Below are positions 1 through 7,595 of a stretch of 63,380 nucleotides of DNA, piece by piece (the first letter of the stretch is position 1; the number at the start of each line of letters is the position of its first letter). Source of the DNA: Planctomycetota bacterium (lineage in GTDB: Bacteria > Planctomycetota > UBA1135 > GCA-002748355). Under the pieces are notes generated by a model that was given only the letters and a program-made list of their open reading frames with translations, searched no databases and was not told where the DNA came from. A program made the translations under genes and the position numbers. Where the stretch lies: contig NYZE01000009.1 in assembly GCA_002685965.1 (NCBI GenBank), positions 2,882-66,261 on the forward strand. Reading direction: 5' to 3'.

Positions 1-488
1 GAAACTACGGCGTGTGCATCGCATTCGAGTACGCTGCTTCCTCCAGCAACGTGCAGACCTTCGCCACCCCGGGCTCGACCCTCTATCTCGGCGGCCTCTA
101 CGAGGAAGGCGCGCAGCGCTTCTACGTCAGTTCGACTGCCTACGGTCCGCGCGAGAACCTCTTCGGCGCCGAGTCGCCCTTCCCGGATCCGACGCGCGGC
201 GACACGTTCGGGCTGTCGCTGTCGCACGCGGGCTTCAAGAACAAGTTGGCCATCCCCATCCTGAGCGTCGGCTACGCGCCGCCGTTGCCGGCACCGTTCG
301 GCACCCTTTTGGTCAACCCCGCGCTACTGTTCGTCCTGCCCCCAGCCAACCTCGACGCCAAGGGCGACGCACTGATGAGGCCCCTCCCCCTCGTGCGCGG
401 CATCACATTGGCGATGCAAACGATGTTCCTCGACGCAAAGACCTTGAACCTCCGGCTGTCGGATGCAGCACGCTTGACAGCGCGCTAG
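1..488 (+). CDS. secreted hypothetical protein, 3' part only (5' end outside window), ending in the recurrent beta-rich C-terminal module
   Basis: The frame is open from nt 3 (NYGVCIAFEY...) and stops at TAG 486-488. The tail PFGTLLVNPALLFVLPPANLDAKGDALMRPLPLVRGITLAMQTMFLD resembles segments of ORFs 636-1994, 32768-33439 and 62790-63380. Confidence 0.5.
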   Translation, partial: NYGVCIAFEYAASSSNVQTFATPGSTLYLGGLYEEGAQRFYVSSTAYGPRENLFGAESPFPDPTRGDTFGLSLSHAGFKNKLAIPILSVGYAPPLPAPFGTLLVNPALLFVLPPANLDAKGDALMRPLPLVRGITLAMQTMFLDAKTLNLRLSDAARLTAR

Positions 489-635
489 CTACACCCCTCA
501 GCCGACAGGTCCTCGACGACCCGCGCCTCGATCGGTTGCGCCTACCGGATCTCAGGGTCGCCGGCGTCGGCGCACGCGGCTTCTCGGTGCTCGTGTCGGG
601 CACCTGTCGCAAGTTCCGCTCATCGCCTGACGCGG

Positions 636-1994
636 TCAGTTAGGGACGATCGGCACGACCATCGGCCGCGGGAAGTCACCGCTGGCGCCGCCGAACAAGA
701 CGCGCAGGCCCTGCACGTAGATCGGCAGACCGATCAGCTTGTTGTCGTTCGGCACACCGAACGACAGCTTGAGCTCGCTATTGGCCCCGGAGCCGAGCAC
801 GAACAGGCCCTTTACCAGGTCCAGTTCGAACTGACCCTTCAGGCCGGGCAGCGTGATCGGCGTCTTGGCGAGGCCGAAGCCCATGAACATGGCGCCGACT
901 TCGCGCGGGTTGAGCGGCAGCGTCACTTGGCTGACCTTGCCCGGCCGCACCGCTGGCGCGAGGCGGGTCAACCGCGACAGGTCATAGAGGCGGACGTCCG
1001 CGCCCTTGTTGCGCTGCGGGTGCCCGACATAGACGACCGACTTGCCGTTGGGCGACCAGCGAATGCGATCCCCCATCTGGAAGTAGATGTCACTCAGCAG
1101 CGTCAGGCCACCGCCATCGGCCGGCAGGATCACCGCGCGCGAGGTGCCCAGGCCGGGACGGTGCTCGGGGATCACGATCGACTTGCGATCGCTCGAGAGC
1201 ATCGGCACTCCCCTGACCTGATGCGGCATCCAGCCCAACGGCCTTGCTGTGCCCGTCGCGACTGCCATCTGCCACACCTGGAAGCCCGAGTGGAGCGCGG
1301 CGTAGGCACCCGTGTGCGAGAACACGAAGTTCTTGCCATCGTCGAGCCAGCGCCCGTGGTTGGTCACCGACGCCAACGCTTTGGTGTTGAGCGTGACGAC
1401 GTTCTTCCCGTCGAGGTCCGCCGTGAAGAAGCGATACGTCCACAAGAACTCGGTGGCCGTGATCAGCAGTTTCTTGCCCGACGGATCCACGTCGACACTG
1501 CTGACCCCGGGAATGACCGTGATCAGATCCTCCAGCGCACCGTTGCCGAGCCGAACGCGTATGACAAACGTCTTGAAGCCCACGCGGCGCACGCCGTAGA
1601 CGAAGGTCTGGGTCGGACCGATGAAGAAGAAGTCCGACACGCCCTTGCCATCGAGCTTGGCCAGGCGCCTGGTCGTACCGCCGTCGCGGCTGGTCTGAAA
1701 TAGCTCGTCCTTGGAGAACACGAGCAACGAGGCGCTGTTGGCCTGCCACAGGTAGGTCATTTGCTGACCTGCATCAAAGGCCGTCAGCTCGATGCCACCC
1801 GCGGCTGGCTTGACGTGGAGCTTGCCCAGAGCCTGGTAGGCCACCCACACACCATCAGGCGAGAAGCTCGGGTCGGTATGAGTACGCAAGCCGGCGGTCA
1901 GAACCCGCTCCTGCGCTGCCAGGGAGGCGTTCAGCGCCAAGCCGAGGACCGGCGCCACCAGGAAAAGAATCGCCGTACGGAGGGTGGTTTGCAT
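636..1994 (-). CDS. secreted TolB-like / PD40 beta-propeller repeat protein with the recurrent C-terminal module
   Basis: 452-aa ORF with signal peptide AILFLVAPVLGLALNASLAAQ. PD40-like repeats are DPSFSPDGVWVAY, DVDPSGKKLLI and IRWSPNGKSVVYV. The C-terminal ~100 aa (FMGFGLAKTPITLPGLKGQFELDL...LIGLPIYVQGLRV) match the shared module. Confidence 0.65.
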   Translation of the reverse strand: MQTTLRTAILFLVAPVLGLALNASLAAQERVLTAGLRTHTDPSFSPDGVWVAYQALGKLHVKPAAGGIELTAFDAGQQMTYLWQANSASLLVFSKDELFQTSRDGGTTRRLAKLDGKGVSDFFFIGPTQTFVYGVRRVGFKTFVIRVRLGNGALEDLITVIPGVSSVDVDPSGKKLLITATEFLWTYRFFTADLDGKNVVTLNTKALASVTNHGRWLDDGKNFVFSHTGAYAALHSGFQVWQMAVATGTARPLGWMPHQVRGVPMLSSDRKSIVIPEHRPGLGTSRAVILPADGGGLTLLSDIYFQMGDRIRWSPNGKSVVYVGHPQRNKGADVRLYDLSRLTRLAPAVRPGKVSQVTLPLNPREVGAMFMGFGLAKTPITLPGLKGQFELDLVKGLFVLGSGANSELKLSFGVPNDNKLIGLPIYVQGLRVLFGGASGDFPRPMVVPIVPN

Positions 1995-2217
1995 GCTCGT
2001 TCACCGGAAGGGAAGGCCAGCCCTCTGTATGCTACCCCGCTCGGCAGGTCACGGGTCGACACATCGATGATGTCGACGATAGGCTGTGCCGCGGCTCTCC
2101 CATCGCCCACGGAGAGGTCACGCCGGCAAGGGGAAAACAGCTCCTCCTGCCAGCCCGGATTCCGTAACTACGGACCCGCCGGCGTCTCCCGGCGTGTCTC
2201 GCTATCTACGCCACTCG

Positions 2218-3870
2218 ATGAACCGCCTCCTACTCAATCCACTGCTCGCTCTCTTCCTCCCCATTGCCTCTACGGCCGCCCAGGGAGCCTTCAAGCCCGA
2301 CAAGCTGCCAGAAACGTGGCCCGAAGCGGGTAAGACCAAGAAGGCGGCCAAGAAGCCCGGCGCCACCAAGGACACCGCCGCGTTGCGCAAGCTGCTCGGC
2401 GATGCGAGCGTCACGCTCGTCCGCGCCGGCAAGCTGTTCCTCCCGGGGAAGCTGGGCAAGACGCCCCGCATCGTCGATGGCAAGAAATCTTGGCTGGCCT
2501 ATCGCGCCGGCGGCGTGGTCGGCCTCTTCGCGGCACCGGATCAGCCGCTGGAGATCGCTGCCAACGAAGTCAAAGCCAAGATGCTCGACTTCTCGGACAA
2601 GCCGGACAGCTTTGCCGGGCCAGGGCTGTGTGACGCGGACAGCCGGTGGTTCGTCGCCAGCGACGCCGGCGACCTGTCGGTCGGCGCCAAGGGTCAGCTC
2701 GAAATCTGGCAGGAGGGGTGGAAGGACCTCGTCTTGAAATCGGGCATCACGACGGTCTTCGTGCCTGCCGGCGGCGCCGTCGGCACGTCCGGTCCCGGCG
2801 TGCTGGTCAAGCTGGACCCCGAGAAGGGCGCGACGCAGCTTGGTCGCCCCGGCGCCAGCTACTACCAGCTCGAGCGGCTCGCTACGCGTAGCACCAACCT
2901 GACCCGCGGCGCGGTCGTCAAGTCGCTGCGCAAGGCCCTCGAGGGCGCCAAGAACTACAAGAAGGCCGACGAGAAGTGGAAGAAGGACTTCGAGGCGTAC
3001 CAGAAAAAGCGCAAGGACTTCCTTGCCCACTACAAGAAGAACCCCCTGAAGGCAGGCGAAGAGGTCAAGGCTGCCCCGGCCCGTCCGACACGGCGCGGCC
3101 GCGGGCGCGGCAGGATTCCGAGGACAAAGGAAGAGCTTGAGAAGATGCTTGAGCGCGTGCCGCCGGCGATGCGGGATCGCATCCGCAAGCAGATGGAGGC
3201 GCGCATGAAGGCGGCCGCCGACAAGGCGAAAGCCGACGCCGCCAAAGCCCCGAAAAAGACAGGAGACAAGGCCAAGCCCGACGACAAGAAGAAGGCGCCA
3301 CCGCGGCCCAAGTACCCGAAGAAGCCCAAGCACGACCGCACCAAGGAGGCGTTGCTGCGCATCCTCGACGGCAAGACCGTGCTGCGCATCGAGGCGCACC
3401 GCGCCGCTGAGATCAAGGCCGTGACCAAGCTCGCGCTCGAGTTCAAGCTGCCGCGGATCGTGCTCGTCGGCGCAACGGAGGCCTTCAAGGCCGCCGACGA
3501 ACTGCGCAAGGCAGGCGCCTTGGTCGTGATCACGCCCCAGACCCTGCCGAGACAAGGCATGGACACGCTCGAAGAACACTTCGCGGCGAACGCAGCCAAG
3601 CTCGCCGCCGCCGGCGTGCCGGTCGCGTTCGGCTCGCGAGGCAAGGAACAGGGCGCAATGCTGTCGCTCTACGCCGCTCGCTCGGTCGCGCACGGGATGC
3701 CCGAGGCGCAAGCCCTGCAAGCCCTGACCCAGAACGCGATCGACGCAGCTGGGACCTCGAAGGTCGACACCGGCATGGTCGTGTTCTCGGCCAACCCGCT
3801 GTCGCCCACGGCACACGTGCTCTGCCTGATCCGCGGTAGCCAAGTCGTCCGACTGCAAGGAGACAAGTAG
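2218..3870 (+). CDS. amidohydrolase-superfamily paralogue 1 (degenerate, no HxH), secreted, with a long Lys/Arg/Ala/Pro-rich insert
   Basis: ATG 2218 was chosen for the signal peptide MNRLLLNPLLALFLPIASTAAQG; the ORF opens at 2086. It shares the SGITTVFVPAGG..GPGVLVKL block and the helical C-terminal half with downstream paralogues. The HxH position reads PGLCDADS. A ~140-aa polycationic insert lies at nt ~2925-3350. Stop TAG 3868-3870 overlaps the next GTG. Confidence 0.6.
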   Translation: MNRLLLNPLLALFLPIASTAAQGAFKPDKLPETWPEAGKTKKAAKKPGATKDTAALRKLLGDASVTLVRAGKLFLPGKLGKTPRIVDGKKSWLAYRAGGVVGLFAAPDQPLEIAANEVKAKMLDFSDKPDSFAGPGLCDADSRWFVASDAGDLSVGAKGQLEIWQEGWKDLVLKSGITTVFVPAGGAVGTSGPGVLVKLDPEKGATQLGRPGASYYQLERLATRSTNLTRGAVVKSLRKALEGAKNYKKADEKWKKDFEAYQKKRKDFLAHYKKNPLKAGEEVKAAPARPTRRGRGRGRIPRTKEELEKMLERVPPAMRDRIRKQMEARMKAAADKAKADAAKAPKKTGDKAKPDDKKKAPPRPKYPKKPKHDRTKEALLRILDGKTVLRIEAHRAAEIKAVTKLALEFKLPRIVLVGATEAFKAADELRKAGALVVITPQTLPRQGMDTLEEHFAANAAKLAAAGVPVAFGSRGKEQGAMLSLYAARSVAHGMPEAQALQALTQNAIDAAGTSKVDTGMVVFSANPLSPTAHVLCLIRGSQVVRLQGDK

Positions 3871-5054
3871 TGGTATCGCGACGCATCGCCTTCGGCTTGG
3901 TGGTCGGGGGTGCACTGGCGCTGCTGGCGCAGAGTGCGACTGCACAGAACGCCGCGCCGAACGGACTGCTGATCCGAGCCGGCAAGGCATGGGTCGCTCC
4001 GGGCCAGGCGCTCGTGCGCGCGAGTCTCCTCGTCAAGAACGGCAAGATCGTCGATGCGGTTGCACGTCCGACGAACGACGCCAAAGAGACCTTTCTCGAT
4101 CAAGCCGACAGCGTGCGCGACTTCGGCAAGAACGCGGTGCTGACCGCCGGATTCGTCGACGTGCACACGCACGCCGGCAGCGACGGTGAACTCGCCGAGC
4201 CGGTCGAGTCGTTCACGCCGGAGCTGCGCGCGTCACGCGCGTACGACGCCTGGGCGAGCGCTTGGAAGCGCATCACGGCGCGCGGCGTGACCTCCGCCGT
4301 GCTCGCGCCCGACGACCGCAACCTCGCCGGAGGTATCGCGGCCTTCGTCGACCCCGGACTGGCGGCCGGCAGCGACGCCGACAACTACTTCAAGATGTCG
4401 CTCACCGGGGCGGCCCTCAACCGGGAACGACGGCCGACCAGCCTCATGGGCGCGGCCGACTACCTGCGCGAACGCGCTACCGAGCTACAGAACTTGGCAC
4501 CAGCCAAGATGACGCCGGCGCAGCGCGCCCTCGCCGCAGTGATCGGCGGCGGCCAGTCGGTTGGCATCGCTTGCAGCACCGTACGCGAGATCCACGCCGC
4601 GCTGGACGCGACCACGACCTACCAGCTACGGACTTTCCTGATCCACGCTGACGAAGCCGAAGAGTGCCTCGCGCGCATCGTCGGCGCCAAGGTCCCGGTC
4701 GTGTTGCGTCCGCTCGGCCTGCAGTCGTCACGCAAGCAGCTACGGTTGCCCGGCGTCTTGCAGAAGGCCGGCGTCGCGTTCGCATTCGCGGGCGAGAACG
4801 ACCAGGACAGCGGCCTGCCGGGCCTGCAAACGAGTCTCGCGATCGCGGTCCGACAGGGCATCACTGCCGCCGATGCACTCGCCTCAGTCACCACCCGCCC
4901 AGCTCAGATCGCTGGACAGTCCGAGCGCGTCGGCACTCTCTTCACCGGCCGCGACGCCGACATTCTGGTCTGGTCCGGCGAGCCGTGGGACCTGCGCTCG
5001 CGCCTGTTGGCGGTCATCCGCAACGGCACCATCCTCCACGAGAACAAGCAATGA
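3870..5054 (+). CDS. amidohydrolase-family protein 2 (HxH retained), secreted
   Basis: The GTG start overlaps the previous stop (TAGTG). Signal peptide ALALLAQSATAQ. Motifs are GFVDVHTHAG (HxH at nt 4164-4172) and C-terminal GTLFTGRDADILVWSGEP, typical of COG1228-like amidohydrolases. Confidence 0.8.
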   Translation: MVSRRIAFGLVVGGALALLAQSATAQNAAPNGLLIRAGKAWVAPGQALVRASLLVKNGKIVDAVARPTNDAKETFLDQADSVRDFGKNAVLTAGFVDVHTHAGSDGELAEPVESFTPELRASRAYDAWASAWKRITARGVTSAVLAPDDRNLAGGIAAFVDPGLAAGSDADNYFKMSLTGAALNRERRPTSLMGAADYLRERATELQNLAPAKMTPAQRALAAVIGGGQSVGIACSTVREIHAALDATTTYQLRTFLIHADEAEECLARIVGAKVPVVLRPLGLQSSRKQLRLPGVLQKAGVAFAFAGENDQDSGLPGLQTSLAIAVRQGITAADALASVTTRPAQIAGQSERVGTLFTGRDADILVWSGEPWDLRSRLLAVIRNGTILHENKQ

Positions 5055-6250
5055 GAATCGCTCTAGCTCTCCTGCTGCTGAGCTCGGCGCTCGCCGCTCA
5101 AGGTGACACCCTGGTCCTGCGCGGCGCGCGCGTCTTCACGGGCCAAGGCGACTTCCAGAAGGGGCTCGTTGTCATCGTCAAGGACGGCAAGATCGCGGCA
5201 ATCGGCCGCGACATCCCGGTGCCGCAGGGCGCCAAGGAAGTCGACTGCAAGGACAAGTGGATCACTCCGGGTTTCGTCGATGCCATGACCGCCCTCGGTC
5301 TCACCTCGATGAACGAGAACGAGGAGTCGAACGAAGTCACGCCACAGGTGCGGGCGATCAACGCGATCGACCCCGAGGCGCAGAACTTCAAGCGTGCCGT
5401 CGCTGGCGGCGTGACCACGGCCTACATCATGCCCGGACAGATGAACGTCTTCGGCGGCCTCGGCGTCGTCTACAAGACGGCCGGCAAGAGCCGCGTCGTG
5501 CGCGAAGACGCCGGCGTGCGCATGACGCTCGGGCAGATGCCCGGCTCCGGCAACCGATCGTTCCGCGGCTTCGGTGGCAGCCCGACCAGCATCTACTACC
5601 GCCGGCCGAACAACCGCATGGGTACGATCTGGGAAGTGCGACGCGCGTTCTATGACGCCATGGATGTGCGTGAAACCAACCTCGGCCCACAGCTCGAGCC
5701 GACCGCCGCCCAGCGCGTGCTGATCTCGGCTCTCGACAGGAAGATGAAGGTGCGCACGACCGCGCGCCACGGCCAGGACATCCGCACGGCGCTTCGCCTG
5801 GCAGAGGAGTTCGGCATCGCAGTGATCCTCGACGACGCCACCGAGGCCTACAAGACGCTCGACTACGTCGTTGCGGCAGGCGTGCCAGTGGTCGCCGGTC
5901 CGCCGTCGGTACAAGCCGGCTTCGACGGCTCGACCCCCCACCTTGACACCCTGGCGCTGTTGGCCAGGGCTGGCGTCGAGGTGGCGATTTCCACCGCACA
6001 GCGCCCCGACGCACTGCCACTCGTGCGCGAAGCCGGCTTCGCCGTGCGCGGGGGTATGGACCGTGCCGCAGCGCTCGCTGCGGTGACCTCGGTGCCCGCC
6101 AAGATCCTCGGAGTCGACGCCCGCGTCGGCTCTCTCGACAAAGGTAAGGACGCCGATATTGTTCTTTGGTCGCGGCACCCGCTGAGCCCGTACAGCCGCG
6201 CCGTTCGTGTTTGGGTAGACGGAGTTCCGGTCACGAAACCGAGTAGATAG
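5051..6250 (+). CDS. amidohydrolase-superfamily paralogue 3 (HxH lost), secreted
   Basis: ATG 5051 sits in an ATGA overlap with the previous stop; the longer ORF from 4664 overlaps gene 2. Signal peptide MRIALALLLLSSALAAQ. Motifs are PGFVDAMTAL in place of HxH, GVTTAYIMPG...GVVYKTAGK and GSLDKGKDADIVLWSRHP. Confidence 0.8.
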   Translation: MRIALALLLLSSALAAQGDTLVLRGARVFTGQGDFQKGLVVIVKDGKIAAIGRDIPVPQGAKEVDCKDKWITPGFVDAMTALGLTSMNENEESNEVTPQVRAINAIDPEAQNFKRAVAGGVTTAYIMPGQMNVFGGLGVVYKTAGKSRVVREDAGVRMTLGQMPGSGNRSFRGFGGSPTSIYYRRPNNRMGTIWEVRRAFYDAMDVRETNLGPQLEPTAAQRVLISALDRKMKVRTTARHGQDIRTALRLAEEFGIAVILDDATEAYKTLDYVVAAGVPVVAGPPSVQAGFDGSTPHLDTLALLARAGVEVAISTAQRPDALPLVREAGFAVRGGMDRAAALAAVTSVPAKILGVDARVGSLDKGKDADIVLWSRHPLSPYSRAVRVWVDGVPVTKPSR

Positions 6251-6260
6251 TGACAAGAAG

Positions 6261-7595
6261 ATGATGCGTATCACCCTGCTGATCGCGGCCAACGCCGCTC
6301 TCGTTTCTCTCACCCCTGCACAGCGCGTCGCCGAAGAGATCACCGCCATCAAGGCGGGCACGGTCTGGATCGGCAACGGCAAGACGCTCAAGAACGCCGT
6401 CATCCTGATCAAGGACGGCCGCATCGAGAAGGTCGGGCAGGGCCTTGAGATTCCCTGGAACGCCAAGGTCCTCGACGCGGGCAAGCGTTGGGTCATGCCG
6501 GCATGGGTAAACGCCCACACGTCGGGCGGCATGGACCAGGCGAACGAGAACATCCAGGTCACTCCGTACCTGACCGTGCTCGACTCGGTCGATCCGTCGC
6601 AGGCCTTCTTCGAGGCGAGCCGCCGCTACGGCGTCGGAACCCTGCACGTCGTGCCGGGCAACGCCTGCGCCGTCGGTGGACGCGGCATGGTCGTGCGCCC
6701 CGCGGGCAAGACGCCGGAGCAAATGGCACTCGTGTTGCGCGCGGGAATGAAGATGTCGCTGCAACCCAAGCGCGGTAGCAGCCGCAGCCGGCACATCGCC
6801 GAGATCATGAAGGCCTTCGAGGACGCCAAGGCGCACCGCGCCGAGTGGGAGCGCAAGAAGAAGGAGTTCGACGAGGACAAGAAGAACGGCGCGACGACCA
6901 AGAAGGAGTTCGAGGACAAGATCGACAAGCTCAAGCAGCCCCTGCTCGATCTGCTCGACCGCAAGACCACGGCGTATCTCTACATACCGCGCGCGTCCGA
7001 CGTTCCGGCAGCCCTCGAGCTGGTCAAGACCTACCGGTTGTCGGCGGTGTTCGTGCTCGGCGGCGACTGCTACAAGGCGATCGACCTGCTCACTGCAGCC
7101 CATCGGCAGGCTATTCCGTTGATCCTCGGCGAAACGCTTGAGATCACCGACAAGGACCCGGTCACCGAAGAAGAGAAGATCGTCTGCCCGGCGCGCATCC
7201 TCTACGACGCCGGCATCCCGTTCGCGTTGACGGCGACCGGTTCGGGTGGCCGTGGCTCTCGAGGGCGCGGCGCATCGGGCGGCACTCACCCGGCAATGGC
7301 GATGCCTTGGTGGCAGGTCGCAACCTGCGTGCGCCACGGGGTACCGGAGCGGGCGGCGCTCGAAGCCTTCACCACCATTCCCGCGCGCATCCTCGGTCTG
7401 ACCAAGCGCGTCGGCCAGATCAGCGAAGGTCTCGACGCCAACCTGCAGGTGTTGTCGGCCGCGCCCATGGAACCAGAGTGTCAGGTCGAGAACCTCGTCG
7501 TCGACGGCATACTGATCTACGACCGCAAACGTGACCCGCGCGTCAGTGAACTGACCGGCCAGACCACGACCGGTGCGAGCAAGGAGCAGAAGTGA
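6261..7595 (+). CDS. amidohydrolase-superfamily paralogue 4 (HxS), secreted
   Basis: It starts 10 nt after the previous stop. Signal peptide MMRITLLIAANAALVSLTPAQ. Motifs are PAWVNAHTSGG, the Lys/Glu-rich insert KKKEFDEDKKNGATTKKEFEDKIDKLK, and GQISEGLDANLQVLSAAP. Confidence 0.8.
   Translation: MMRITLLIAANAALVSLTPAQRVAEEITAIKAGTVWIGNGKTLKNAVILIKDGRIEKVGQGLEIPWNAKVLDAGKRWVMPAWVNAHTSGGMDQANENIQVTPYLTVLDSVDPSQAFFEASRRYGVGTLHVVPGNACAVGGRGMVVRPAGKTPEQMALVLRAGMKMSLQPKRGSSRSRHIAEIMKAFEDAKAHRAEWERKKKEFDEDKKNGATTKKEFEDKIDKLKQPLLDLLDRKTTAYLYIPRASDVPAALELVKTYRLSAVFVLGGDCYKAIDLLTAAHRQAIPLILGETLEITDKDPVTEEEKIVCPARILYDAGIPFALTATGSGGRGSRGRGASGGTHPAMAMPWWQVATCVRHGVPERAALEAFTTIPARILGLTKRVGQISEGLDANLQVLSAAPMEPECQVENLVVDGILIYDRKRDPRVSELTGQTTTGASKEQK

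Noticed and set aside
2230-3990. Very long antisense or alternative-frame ORFs. Examples are 2230-3990 (586 aa), 5063-6562 (499 aa), 6231-7337, 9290-10381, 12039-12764, 25804-26505, 31335-32609, 37384-38472, 51873-52961 and 59110-60474.
   Set aside because: They overlap ORFs with clear family motifs. Their products are Arg/Ala/Gly/Pro-rich with no recognisable motifs. This is the expected stop-codon-poor shadow-ORF artefact of a high-GC genome.
4664-5050. Long in-frame N-terminal extensions of several genes in the ORF track: 4664, 10249, 11487, 12797, 31236, 40842, 42065, 2086, 21113 and 63195.
   Set aside because: The extensions overlap the preceding gene and are Arg/Pro-rich. In each case they end at an internal ATG or GTG that is followed immediately by a signal peptide or lipobox, or by the conserved N-terminus. 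Those internal starts often sit in an ATGA or GTGA overlap with a Shine-Dalgarno-like purine run upstream.
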